64,000 bases of DNA, from assembly GCA_043228905.1 (NCBI GenBank), contig JBHGNT010000010.1, forward strand, positions 1,426,001 to 1,490,000, in the 5' to 3' direction. Positions 1-12,393 of this stretch are shown here, one piece after another (positions within the stretch are counted from its first letter, which is position 1; each line of letters opens with the position of its first letter). Source of the DNA: Azolla caroliniana (lineage: Eukaryota > Plantae > Polypodiophyta). Both the position numbers and the translations under genes were made by a program. The notes beneath the pieces are model-generated. The model ran no database searches. It worked only from the letters and a program-made list of their open reading frames with translations, and was not told where the DNA came from.

Positions 1-1459
1 GCACATCGCCATCAAAGAATATCACCGGGACACTTGGCGACAGGAAAGGGACAAAACTGTAGCTTAGCTCACCAACTGTTATGAGCAGACCATCGCGCTC
101 ATCACTGAAAAAGCAAAAGATAATCAAGCTACTTTAGCACTCTTCGCCCGCAAAAGCCAAGCAGAAGCCAAGGTCGCAAGGGAGGCACTGGAGGTTCACT
201 GCGCAAGCATCGGCATGAACGATACCAAAATCAAGACCCTAATCCACAAGTATCGCTAACAATTCAACATGAAGATCAAAGAAACGCTTCACCATGTCTA
301 GCAGGGGTGGTCAGCCCAAGCCGTGGACCTACACATACTACGCGCGGATGCCGAGAACCGACGGAAGGAGGGCCGAGGGTTTTACAAGATGGATGACACC
401 AACATCCAGACCCTTCGTGAAGACTTAATGGAAGAATATCATACCTTGGCAACATCCCACACCGTAGCCATCGAGCAACTCTTGGAGGAATTCAACGATG
501 ATCTAATGGTGTTTCGTTTAGAACCCGAAGCATACGAGAAGGAATGACTCGCTACCGGGAGTCACAGAGCTCCCACAAACACCGAGCAAGGACTAAGTCA
601 CTCCCCATGGTAGCTTGACCGGAAGAACCTGCCCCTACCGACCTCCACATCCCAACCGAGCCACTCACCACTGCATTTAGATTGGAGGAACCTGCCCCTA
701 CAGACCCCCACATCCCACCGGAGCCACAGACTATAACCCCGACCCTGCCTGAATCGGTCCCAATAGAGGAGGGCACACACAACGACACCACCATCCCCAA
801 CTCGGCAACACAACCTCCATCACCAAACCCACCTGCCGAGCAGCCAGCCCAACCCCACGCTCCCGAGGATATCCTTGGCATATTGGAAGAGGAATAAAAC
901 CAACCTATAAGCCCTCGTAGCAACGGGCAATTTTTGAAATTCGTGTTGTTTTGCCAAATCCATGATGAATCGTGGGTCGAACGGACAAAGTCCTATCCCA
1001 CGGGCGTGCTAGGTGTTGTCCATAGGCCAAAAATATAAATTAGTTAAATTTAATAGGCCGGTAGGTAAAGTGAGTAGGTAGAGTTAGGTAAACGCCGAGT
1101 TTCGAGCCTCACAATCAGCCGACCGCTCGACTCTATATGAAGGAAAAGTATATAAACCGAGGTTTGCGTACCTTAGCAGGAGAGAGACATCTAGAGCCTA
1201 GGCGAGGTCGTTTCATAGTATAAGAGCTTTGTAAGGTCACCGGCTGTGGGTTGTGTTTTTGTAATCATCGCTAATTGTTTGTAGTAATACATATCTATTA
1301 GCTCTTGTTGTTTTCATCTGTGCGCCGTCGTTTCTAAGGTCTCAACTACGTATATGACCCGGGCTCTATTCCGGGTATGTTGTTCGTTTTCTTCCCCTAA
1401 CGACGCCTCCGTGCACAAGTCTTCACGTTACACTTCCCTTGATATTGATAGCTTGTAGG

Positions 1460-2199
1460 TGTTGGGACACAGGTCCCTCCGGATGGGAAGGGAGAAGAAC
1501 AGTGCTGAAACCGTATGACGAGTACCCGGCTACGGAGAGCCGGATGGTACAGACCCGGTGAGCACCGGATGAGGAGTACCCGGCTACGGAGAGCCAGATG
1601 GTGCAGACCCGGTGAGAACCGGATGAGGAGTACCCGGCTACAGAGAGCCAGATGGTGCAGACCCGGTGAGAACCGGATGAGGAGTACCCGGCTACGGAGA
1701 GCCGGATGGTGCAGACCCGGTGAGGAGTGCTCACCGGATGAAGAGACATATTCGTAAATATGTTTCTGAGAGTCCATCAAGGCTATATTTGTAAATAACC
1801 AAAAAGTCATATTAGTATAAATATGACTTAGGACAAACTTATAGTGTAATGTTGTTGTGGTTGTTATTCTTGTTGATGCAAGGAGAGAGAGAGCGCGTAA
1901 CTTTGTATAGAGAGTGAGAGAGAGAAAGAGGTCATTGCCTCTATTGTAACCGCCGCCTGTGGCGAGGATCGTGAGCACGAGGTCGTTGCCTCCGTGAACT
2001 CACTGTTGTACATTCTAACATAGTGATAGTTTGCAGCCTGTGGGCTGCCGTGGTTTTTCCCCTTAGTTTGGGTTTTCCACGTAAACATCTTGCGTACTCT
2101 TCTCTTCTTCGTATCGTGCATTATTTCCCATTTTCTGTGTATGATTCTAAGTTCGGTTGTGGCCGAGCGTTGCGTATAGGGAGCGTAGGGATCCCGTCA
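1460..2199 (+). repeat. 5' LTR of copia-1, containing ~4 copies of a 54-bp tandem repeat (~1515-1735)
   Basis: Direct repeat of 6101-6840. Unit approximately GATGAGGAGTACCCGGCTACGGAGAGCCGGATGGTGCAGACCCGGTGAGAACCG. Confidence 0.95.
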
Positions 2200-2228
2200 A
2201 GTGGTATAAGAGCGAAACAACACAGAAA

Positions 2229-5200
2229 ATGGACGAATCGTTGGGCGGCATGTTCAAGCTCACCGGCTCCAACTATTCAGTGTGGAAGTTGAAGATGAGG
2301 GATATGCTCGTGGTTAAAGATCTTTGGTTGCCGGTTCAGTTTGGGGACAAGAGACCGGACAAAATCGATGCCACAGTATGGGAGGTGATGCACATGAAGA
2401 CAACGGCGTACATACGGTGCTTCATCGACATGAGCCTATACAACAACTTCAATGAAGAGAGCAAGGCTCATGAGCTCTGGGAGAAGATCGGCATTATGTT
2501 TCAGAACAAAAATGTTGTTAATCAGGTTTCGGTATTCCGGAAGCTAGTAAGACTCCGGTACCAAGATGGCTCCAGCATGGCAGAGCACATGAATGCCTTC
2601 CAGGGGCTGATCCACGAGGCAACATCATTAGAGGTACCTCTCGCCGATGAGGTACTAGCACTACTCCTGCTTGGTTCCCTCCCAGATAGCTGGGAGACGT
2701 TGGTTGTCACCTTGGGCAATGCCGGGCCGAAAGGGAAACGGTTATCCCTAGCAAGAATAAAGTCGAGCTTGCTAGATGAGAAGGCGCGTCGGAAAGATAA
2801 AGATACGAGCTCCGACTCCAAAGCGCTTCTTACCGAATCGGAACGCGGAAGACATAGAAACCAAGGAAGACATAGAATCAGCAATCGCGGCAAGTGAAGA
2901 AGAGTTGATGCTCATCACCAAGGAGAGTGAGATAAACCTTGCCGGCGATGAGATGACCTGGGTGGTCGACTCCGGAGCGTCGTTCCACCTTACCCCGGAC
3001 CGGAAATGCTTCTCATCCTACTCAGCCGGTGATCACGGCTGTGTCCGGATGGGGAATGAAGGAACATGCCGAATTGTCGGCATAGGAGACGTGTGGTTGA
3101 CAACACCAACTGGATGCAAGATGCTGTTGAAGGACGTCCGACACGTTCCGGAGGTTCGTCTGAACTTGATATCAGATGGTGGGCTAGATGATGAAGGCTA
3201 CACGGGTAGCATCCGGAACGGTGTCATGAAGTTCAACAAAGAGAGCCTGATTGTGGCTCGGGCCCGGGAGGTCAACACACTGTACCTGATGAATGCCCGG
3301 TTATGTCCGGAAGAAGTGAACGTGGCATCCAACACTCCCGGTGAGCTGTGGCACAAGAGGCTGTGTCACATGAGCGAGAAGGGGATGAAGAGGCTTGCAG
3401 AAGACAACCTCATTCCAGTGAAGAACGTGCACTTGGAGAAGTGCACTGATTGTCTGGCCGGTAAGCAAAACCGGACCTCCTTCCAATCAAGGCCACCGAT
3501 GAGTCGTAATGCGCCACTGGAGTTGGTGCATACGGATGTATGTCAAGTGGACACGAAGTCACATGCAGGATCACAGTACTTCGTGACGTTCATAGATGAC
3601 CACAGGCGGAAGCTGTGGGCCACACAGTTGAAGACGAAGGATCAGGTGCTATCCGTCTTCAAAGAGCTCCACGCAAGAGTGGAAAGAGAAACCGGCCGGA
3701 AGCTGAAGGCGGTTCGAGCAGATAACGGAGGAGAATACCGGGGGCAGTTCGATGAGTACTACCGCTCGAAGGGAATCCGTCTTGAATTTACCGTGCCGAA
3801 GACGCCGGAACTAAACGGACTGGCCGAGAGGGTGAACCGGACCATAATGGAGAGGGTCCGGAGTATGCTAGCGCATGCAAAACTACCCAAGAAGTTTTGG
3901 GCTGAGGCACTGTCGACGGAGACATTTGAGATAAATAGATCACCCTCAGTACCCTTGGACGGAGACACGCCACAGAGAGTGTGGACCAGTAAGGTAGTAT
4001 CCTATCGGCATCTGAAGGTGTTCGGGTGTCTCGCGTACGTGCATGCAACTAAGGACCGGAGTGGAAAGTTAGATCCAAAGACTCGACCATGCATATTCCT
4101 CGGTTACGGTGACGATGAGTTCGGCTACAGAGTGTGGGACCTGGTCTTCAAGAAGGTATTCCGGAGTCGAGATATTATCTTCATGGAGGACAAGACGCTC
4201 GCCGACTGGGAGTCGGAGAATAAGATAATGAACTCCGAGTCGACCGGAAAGGATCGACTCTACGATGAGCAGACCCAACCGGCAAGAGACCGGTTAGCAG
4301 TCGAGGGACCAGCCGGTTACGGTGAGGATACCGAACAGGCTGAAGAAGAAGTAGAGGAAGCTGAAACCGGAACCGGCCAAGACCCCGAATCGGATTCAGA
4401 TGAAGAACAAATGGAGGAGCCGGTTACCGAAGCCCGAAGACGGCGATATCCTCTCAGAGAGAGAAGGGTGCCCCGGAGATTTCCGGATGCAGAGCATGTT
4501 CTGCTGACCGATGAGGGGGAGCCGGAAAGCTTCGAAGAAGCGAAGGATGACGCCCACAGCCGCAAATGGTTAAGTGCCATGCAGGATGAGATGGATTCCT
4601 TGCATGAGAACCATATGTACGAATTGGTGGAGTTGCCGAAAGGAAAGCGGGCACTCCGAAACAAGTGGGTGTACAAGTTGAAACCGGGAGATGCTGGCAA
4701 CCCCCCAAGATACAAAGCCAGGATCGTGGTGAAGGGGTTCTAGCAGAAGAAGGGCGTGGACTTCGACGAGATATTTGCCCCGGTAGTAAAGATGACCTCC
4801 ATCCGGACGGTGTTGAGTATAGCGGCGAGCATGGACCTCGAGGTAGAGGAGCTGGACGTGAAGACGACATTCCTTCACGGCGACCTCGAAGAGGAAATCT
4901 ACATGCAGCAACCGGAAGGATTCATGGAGAAAGGGAAGGAGCACCTGGTATGCCGGTTGAAGAAGAGCCTCTACGGGTTGAAGCAGGGCCCCCGGCAATG
5001 GTACCGGAAGTTTGACTCCTTCATGAGCGATCAAGGGTATCACAAGACGCAGGCCGATCACAGCGTGTTTGTGAAGAAGTTCGAAGGAGACAACTTCCTG
5101 ATACTCCTTCTGTACGTGGATGACATGTTGATCGTCGGACAGGACCAAGTCAAAATATGAATGCTGAAGAAGGCTCTCAACCGGACCTTCTCAATGAAAG

Positions 5201-6090
5201 ACTTGGGTCTGGCAAGACAGATGCTGGGGATGCATATTATCCGGAACCAGTCAGTGAAGCAATTGTGGCTGTCACAAAAGAAGTACGTGACAAAGGTGCT
5301 TCACCGGTTCAACATGTCAGATGTGAAACCGGTCGGATCGACATTTCCGGCAAACTGCAAGCTATCCGGTAAGCAAAGCCCGAAGACGAAAGCAGAGAAG
5401 GCGGATATGATGAAGATTCCATATGCCTCTGCCGTCGGGAGCTTGATGTACGCAATGGTGTGTACCCGACCGGATATAGGATACGCAGTCGGAGTGGTGA
5501 GCCGGTTCATGAGCAATCTCGGTAAGGAGCACTGGAACGTGGTCAAATGGATACTCTGGTACTTGAAGGGCACTTCAAATATGTGTTTCCGATTCGGCTC
5601 CGGAAAACCTCAACTTGACAGTTTCACCGATTTGAACATGTTAGCTGATGTGGATACCAGCCGGTCTACATCCTGGTATGTAATGACATATGCAGGGGGG
5701 GTTGTCTTGTGGCAGTCGAGGCTGCAGAAGACGGTTGCATTGTCAACCACGGAGGCAGAGTACATGGCGGCTGTGGAAGCCGGCAAGGAAATATTATGGA
5801 TGAAGGACTTCATCGGAGAGCTCGGTATCCGGCAAGATGAATACCGACTCTATTGCGACAATCAAAGTGCCATCCATCTTGCTAAGAATGCGGCCTACCA
5901 TTCCCAAACGAAGCATATCCAGCGAAGATATCACTGGATCCGGGAAAGAGTAGATGACCAGGAGTTCGCACTGACGAAGATCCACACGGCCAAGAACGGG
6001 TCAGATATGCTGACCAAAGTGCTAATACCCGACAAGCTGGATGCATGCCGGAAGAGGATCGGACTAGTAAGACATCCCATGCCGGAGTGA
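2229..6090 (+). pseudogene. Copia gag-pol polyprotein, disrupted
   Basis: Motifs WVVDSGAS (PR), WHKRLCH...CTDC, VHTDVC and DNGGEY (INT), YVDDM (RT), SDMLTK (RH). Frameshift with missing CCHC knuckle near 2880. In-frame stops at 4741 and 5158. Confidence 0.93.
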
Positions 6091-6100
6091 AGGGGGAGTT

Positions 6101-6840
6101 TGTTGGGAGATAGGTCCCTCTGGATGGGAAGGGAGAAGAACAATGCCGAAACCGTATGACGAGTACTCGGCTACGGAGAGCCGGATGGTACAGACCCGGT
6201 GAGAACCGGATGAGGAGTACCCGGCTACGGAGAGCCGGATGGTGCAGACCCGGTGAGAACCAGATGAGGAGTACTCGGCTACGGAGAGCCGGATGGTGCA
6301 GACCCGGTGAGAACCGGATGAGGAGTACCCGACTACGGAGAGCCGAATGGTGCAGACCCGGTGAGGAGTGCTCGCCGGATGAAGAGACATATTCGTAAAT
6401 ATGTTTCTGAGAGTCCATCAAGGCTATATTTGTAAATAGCCAAAATGTCATATTAGTATAAATATGACTTAGGGCAAACTTATAGTGTAATGTTGTTGTG
6501 GTTGTTATTCTTGTTGATGCAAGGAGAGAGAGAGCGTGTAACTGTGTACAAAGAGTAAGAGAGAGAAAGAGGTTGTTGCCTCTATTGTAACCGCCGCCTG
6601 TGGTGAGGATCGTGAGCACGAGGTCGTTGCCTCCGTGAACTCACTGTTGTACATTCTAACATAGTGATAGTTTGCAGCCTGTGGGCTGCCGTGGTTTTTC
6701 CCCTTAGTTTGGGTTTTCCACGTAAACATCCTGCGTACTCTTCTCTTCTTCGTGTCGTGCATTATTTCCCGTTTTCTGTGTATGATTCTAAGCTCGGTTG
6801 TGGCCGAGCGTTGCGTATAGGGAGCGTAGGGTTCCCGTCA
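6101..6840 (+). repeat. 3' LTR of copia-1
   Basis: Direct repeat of 1460-2199 with scattered substitutions, preceded by the PPT. Confidence 0.95.
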
Positions 6841-6867
6841 GTAAGCATATCGAAGGTGTTACCAACA

Positions 6868-8394
6868 TAATGGTTATCACTCATTAATGGCAAAACTATT
6901 TGGTTGTATAATGGAATCAAAGATAAGTGTATGGGCAGAAAAAAATGGTAAGAGGGGTTATGGACAAGCTGGTTTTCAAAAACACCATAGCACCATTGAT
7001 CATCTTGTCACTCTTTGAGTATTAATGGAGGAAAGTCGCCTTCGAGGTAAAGGTTTATATTGTTGCTTTGTAGACTTCAAGAAAGCTTTTGATATGGTAC
7101 CTCGTGAGCATCTTTGGAGGCAGATGGAAGAACTTGAGGTGCCAAGTGAATATATGCTTGCAATTTCCCGAATATATGAGAAGGTTATATGTTGTGTGCG
7201 TATGAGAGATAAACTTTCAAATTTTTTCAATAGCACTATTGGTGTTAAGCAAGGATGCCCACTCTCACCAACATTATTTGGTCTATGCATTGATGAATTA
7301 GAAGAAATGGTTACCAAGTTTGTAAAGGAAGAATGTGTTAAAGAAGTTGCCATTGGGAATGTTGTGATTATGCTTTTGTTATATGCAGATGATGTAGTGC
7401 TTTTTGCAAATACTTCAGGAGATGCACAAAAGCTTATGAAAGCATTGGAAATTTTTTGCATGCATACTAGATTAAGTGTCAATAGCTCTAAAACAAAGAT
7501 TATGCTTGTGAAGAGTCAAAAAAGAGATAAACCATGCATTATGTACAACAATCAGCCACTTCAATGTGTGGAAAGTTTCAAATATCTCAGCCTTGAAGTT
7601 CCTACAAATTATAAATGGAATGAATGTACTACACGTTGCTCAGAGACGGTAAATGAGCATACTATGCATTTGAGAACACATGCAATCTTGGAGATATTAA
7701 GTGTTGGGTCCTCAAGAAATATCTTTTTGACACTTTGGTGATCTTGGTTCTTCTCTATGGGGTGGTAGGATCCCCAAATCTACGTGGAAAGAGTTTGAAA
7801 ATGTCCAAAAACATTTTCTTACAAAGTTTCTACAAGTTAAGAAACAAACGTCCTACATCCTCCTCCTCCTTGAGACGGGATCGCTTCCCATTAAGATCAT
7901 GGCTATGGAAAGGGTTGTTGAATACATGCTTAAGGTTCAAAAAAGCCCCTCACATTGACTTCCTAGAATTGCATGCGAAGCAAGCAAAAGGATCCAAAAG
8001 TCGCATAAAAGCAAAATTTTGTGTTCCAGTTGGATGCAAGATTTAGAAAAATGGTTTGGTAGATGGGATGGAGACACTTGCTTCATGATGCGTCACTAGA
8101 TTCCTCTGTAAATGAGGCCTTTTTGCAACGCCAATGTATCATGACATGGGACAAATGTGGTGGCTCACACTTCACACATTATACTACAAATGTTGCACCT
8201 AACTACAAAACCATATTCTTCGCGGAACGGGGAAACCGTACACATTGATACATGTTAGAGCCCATCCCGATATTTGTCATTCAAACCATTGCTTCCATGC
8301 GACTTAGCTCGCACACATTGAGATGTGAGACGGGGCGTTGGGGCACAAGTGATGAGAGTGGCCGACTATGCACACTTTGCCCTAAACAAGTTCG
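6868..8394 (+). mobile_element. RTE-like non-LTR retrotransposon, RT region (5' part, interrupted by transposon copy A)
   Basis: ORF 7025-7741 has FVDFKKAFD, GVKQGCPLSPTLF and LLYADD. Frameshifted C-terminus leads to LCTLCPKQV. Confidence 0.88.
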
Positions 8395-8430
8395 AACACG
8401 TTCGCGTTCACAAGTGGAAGGATCGCGCAT
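8395..8430 (+). repeat. Left terminal inverted repeat of copy A
   Basis: AACACGTTCGCGTTCACAAGTGGAAGGATCGCGCAT, the reverse complement of 17613-17648 with two CpG-type transitions. Confidence 0.95.
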
Positions 8431-8752
8431 AAATGGAAGGATAAGAGAAATTTTAGGGGTTTTTGAATGATTTTACAAAACACGTTGATACCAGTATCAT
8501 ACATGTTCAAACATACTATGAAAAAGGTTAAAAATCCACTATTTTCGTGATTTAGAAGTAACTAAAAAAAGACGAATTTCAAAAAGATACATTCTCAATT
8601 TATATCACAAACTTTACAACCAATGTTATTTTATAGGAAACGATTTTTTAGAAATCATAAGAATTCAAAACACATGATTTTATATTACTCGATTTGTTAC
8701 AAGCGGAATGTAGTTACACTTAATAGCCAAATATACATTCATGATCACTCCT

Positions 8753-11532
8753 TTACGGAGAATCACTACTATAACTAATATACAATGACGATTCTTCCTC
8801 ATCATCCTCGGATGTACCAATCAATGCATTATCTTCGTCATAAACCAAATGGTTTGACTCTAGATTATATGTAGTAGATCTCGTTTGCCTTTGACTCGAG
8901 CCACCTTGTAGACCTGGTAATTTTTCTTTTATTATATCTATTGTTGACTTCCTTAATCGTCCGGCTTTTGTAAGTGTGAAGTCGTACACGATGATATCCA
9001 CATCAGAGATATCAAGGGTCGAGGTGTTACGAATGTTTCGCTTCCTCTTCCTACCTCCCCTTCTTGTTTGGCATTCAATCATCTCCAATGTATACTTACC
9101 TGTAAAAGCATTTGCACTTCTAGTGTTGTACCAATGAACATTTATAGACTTGATCGTGTTTTCTATTTCATGCATTAGCACTTCTAGAATTTTACCAACC
9201 CAAAATTGGTGGCCATGTGAGTTCTCATCAGCCGGCGTTGCAATCAACATCCCCGCGGTGAGCTCTTGCAAATTTCCTTGCCGTCTAGCTTCGGCTGCTT
9301 TGGTCATCCTTGGTCCCACATAAATGTCTCTTTGTTGTGGATGGACCAAGCTGTCATTAATCGCATTTACTAGTTGCTCTGGACTTCTATTTACGCGATC
9401 ATGTTGCAGCGACCATGTGAATGGCATTTCCAAATTCCAATTATCAACAGATACACAATTGTCTATAATTTCTTTCTGATCACTATAAAATACATCCCAC
9501 CATGACGTGTCTTGTTGTGCGGCATATTTCTTGGCGGCCTCAATATGCTTTCTTTTTTCTTCTAAGGCTTGGAGCCATGACCGTTTTTGTTCTGATACCA
9601 AGTCACTCTGCAACTGTCCTTTCTTCTCAATTGGCATTTGCTTAGCTCCATGGACAATTGTACTCGGCATACAAAGTAATAACTGGCAACCACCTTCAGG
9701 TTCCCATGTTGTAGAAGATGAATATTGTTTAGCATACAAAAGTGTAGAACCACTTATTCCATTTTTCTTTATCATAAAAATGTGATTGAAACTTATATTG
9801 TTTAACTGAGCAAGCACTTTAACATTCCCACCACCCCCATCTAATATATATCTCTTTAAGTCATATACCTCCTTCAAGTGTAACACTTTTGGGCGTGGTG
9901 TATAAGCATCACAAATGACATCAAATAGTTTAGGTAAAGTGAAAGCATCATGCCGAGACAATTGCTTGGAGAATGTGCTAAACATCTGATCTATATGGTC
10001 ATGTGTGTGGCCAACCAAAAGGAAATTGACTTTCACTTTCCTAAACAATTCTAGGTTGACCAACATACTTAGATAGCCAAATACAGTTGAATTTTTGTTC
10101 TCTCTAGCAGTATTGTCCAATTGAATGTATAGAACAGGGGGGAAAGGTTGTCCCCAAGACATCAAAACTTGGTAAATCACTGTAACTGTTAGGTTAGGGT
10201 CATTGTGAACATTGGGGTAAGTAATGAAGACGTGAGGTCGAACAGACCTATTATAAGCCAAGCATCCCACCAAGTGCATTTGAACAAGGCACTCATCATT
10301 GACATCTTTGGGGAGCCTCCGCATATGCGGCAATCATGTCTTCTTCTGGTCCATGCCATCTATCATTAAGCACATGTATTGTTCGGGCCTCTTCAAACAC
10401 TTCTCTCTATGATGCATCGCCTTCTTTCGTTCTAAGGATTGTGCCTCACGATGCTCTTGTAGTAACTTCTTACTCGTATCCTTTTCCATTGATGTCTTTG
10501 CACCTTTAGCCAAACTTTTAAGATTTGCACAAATGGAGCAATACCCCATACATACTTTACGAGGAATAATAACATTTGAAAACCGAGCTCTCCATAATCT
10601 TGTGAATTGGCTATAGGTGATAGACTTATTACGTGAGCCCAGCATATCAGATCGATAGACATCATAAACTTCCCGACGTGTATAATTATCAGAAAGATGC
10701 ATCCTACCTGTAGTGGGCATTACTTCACAATTTAACTGAAAGTAAGTTTTCATCCAGCCAATAGCATGTCTTCCAATTGCACCTTTCATATTTGGAACCT
10801 CTTTACAATTGAGCATCTGATCCCCGCTAAGTAGACGTTGTTGTACTCTATGTAGCCGCATGTTACTAACACATAACGCAATTTTGAATGCAACTCTACA
10901 TATCTGTTGCGCATGGAAGATATAATACTCGAATGATACTTTGATCCCCTTACATTTGTCAGATACTAGTTGCATATGTGACCCGAGGTAAGTGTCTTGC
11001 TCATCACCGGTCATCGAAAAATAGTATCACCTTAATTCTCGCAACTTTGATTTTCCAATCATAGACATACAACCACGGGCACAACATATTTTTTTGACAT
11101 CAAATCCAATCTGTTTATCTGATGTCACCAAGCTAAATCTAGCCAGACGAATTCTTCGTGGGATTCTTCTAATATGCATAGGGCTCCCAGATTTCTCTTC
11201 CTGCATAGAGGTTGGTGTAACCTTGTTACAGTCTAATTCTCTGTTGTGACCATCGCCAATGTTATTCAATGTTTCCTAGGCACTTCCTTCATTCTCGGTA
11301 TCTTTATTAATATCGTATTCTTCAATAGAGAACTCTTCACATGTGTCATTATTTACATTCCTTGTAGATGAGCTCAGACAATATTCTTCGATAGAATATG
11401 GTGAGTCGGTCGACAGACAATATTCTTCAATCGAATATGGTGACTCTGTTGACAAACAATAGTCTTCAGTAGAAAACGATGGTCTGAAGACAAACAATAT
11501 TCTTCAATCGAGAACGGTGAATCTTCACTCAT
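8753..11532 (-). pseudogene. DDD-type transposase, Sola-like by inference (~925 aa reconstructed), with 3 in-frame stops and a small 5' frameshift
   Basis: ORFs 11276-11497, 11027-11269, 10334-11014 and 8753-10333 share one frame. Motifs CCARGC, CSIC, MIDGMDQKKT, QLDNTARENKN and FLLVGHTHDHIDQMFS. Lies inside TIRs with a 4-bp TSD. Confidence 0.85.
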
Positions 11533-12393
11533 GGCTTAAGGTCTAGATAGGGCTCTCTAAGTTATGTGCTTAGGGTAAGGAAAAAAACTAGTAAGCTCCT
11601 CTCTAAACATATACTCCTCTCTAAACATAAACTTCTCTCTAAACAAAAGCCAAATCAATAGAATGTCTATATTATGTAATATTCTATTAATACAATACAT
11701 CAAAAAATTATTTTTAATAAAGTAATTGTGCTTAAAATATCAATTATTATATAAACTAGATCTATATGAAGTTAAATCAAGTAAAATATAAAACTAATCA
11801 TTAACAAGCCATGAATATGTTGGATTAATGTTAAAATCATTGGCTAATTAATGGCACCCATTTTGATATAGAACGTCTCACTCATTGGTTCTTTAATGCT
11901 CACCATTTTAAATATTAGACTTATCAATCATTGGTTAATTCATGCCAACATCTTTAATACATAGCATTTGAGAGTCATAAAAATTGTTGCTTTTAGTAAT
12001 CAATCATTGGTACATTCATGAACCTCTATCATTGTCTCCTTCATAACCTTTGAAGTCATTGTAGGTTGTTATGACTATAAAAGATTGATCAATATGTTAG
12101 TTTGACTTTGTAATCATTAATACAATCATAAGTTACTCTAGTTAATGTGACTATGGTTACCAACTAACTATCCTCAAAGTTACCAACCTTGGTTAAGGTG
12201 ACTATGGTTACTTTAACCAATGTGGTCAATCCCTATAAATAGGAAGACCTCGTCATATTTCACTCACAAGAGCGTACAGAGCGTACAGAGCGTACAGAGC
12301 ACACAGAACGTAGAGAGCACACAAAGCACACAAAGCACACAGAGCACAAAGCACGAAAGCGCGATCTCCGCCTCCACTTCCACACGATCAACC
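11533..12393. promoter_or_regulatory. Divergent promoter region between the transposase and MTase genes
   Basis: AT-rich. CCAAT at 12217 and TATAAATA at 12234. Repeated ATCATTGG motifs at 11830-12010. 9-bp repeats in the putative 5' UTR at 12269-12360. CTCTCTAAACA x3 at ~11600-11645. Confidence 0.55.

Larger units (their letters stand above)
1460..6840 (+). mobile_element. Ty1/copia LTR retrotransposon (copia-1), two-LTR copy with decayed coding region
   Basis: 740-bp LTRs at 1460-2199 and 6101-6840 (TG...CA). PBS TGGTATAAGAGC at 2202-2213 (iMet-like). PPT GAAGGGGGAG at 6089-6098. TSD GTAGG/GTAAG. Domain order gag-PR-INT-RT-RH. Confidence 0.97.
1014..6867 (+). mobile_element. Probable LTR of an outer retroelement (TGTTG...CAACA), split by copia-1. 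Bases 1-1013 may be its degenerate internal region
   Basis: TGTTG at 1014 and CAACA ending at 6867, with LINE RT-coding sequence immediately after. TATA-like motifs at 1135-1156. No clear PPT, and the partner LTR is not in the window. Confidence 0.35.

Noticed and set aside
1397-2292. Repetitive ORFs (MRSTRLRRAGW..., FSPGLHHPALR...), also at 5882-6870
   Set aside because: They are translations of the 54-bp tandem repeat inside the copia LTRs.
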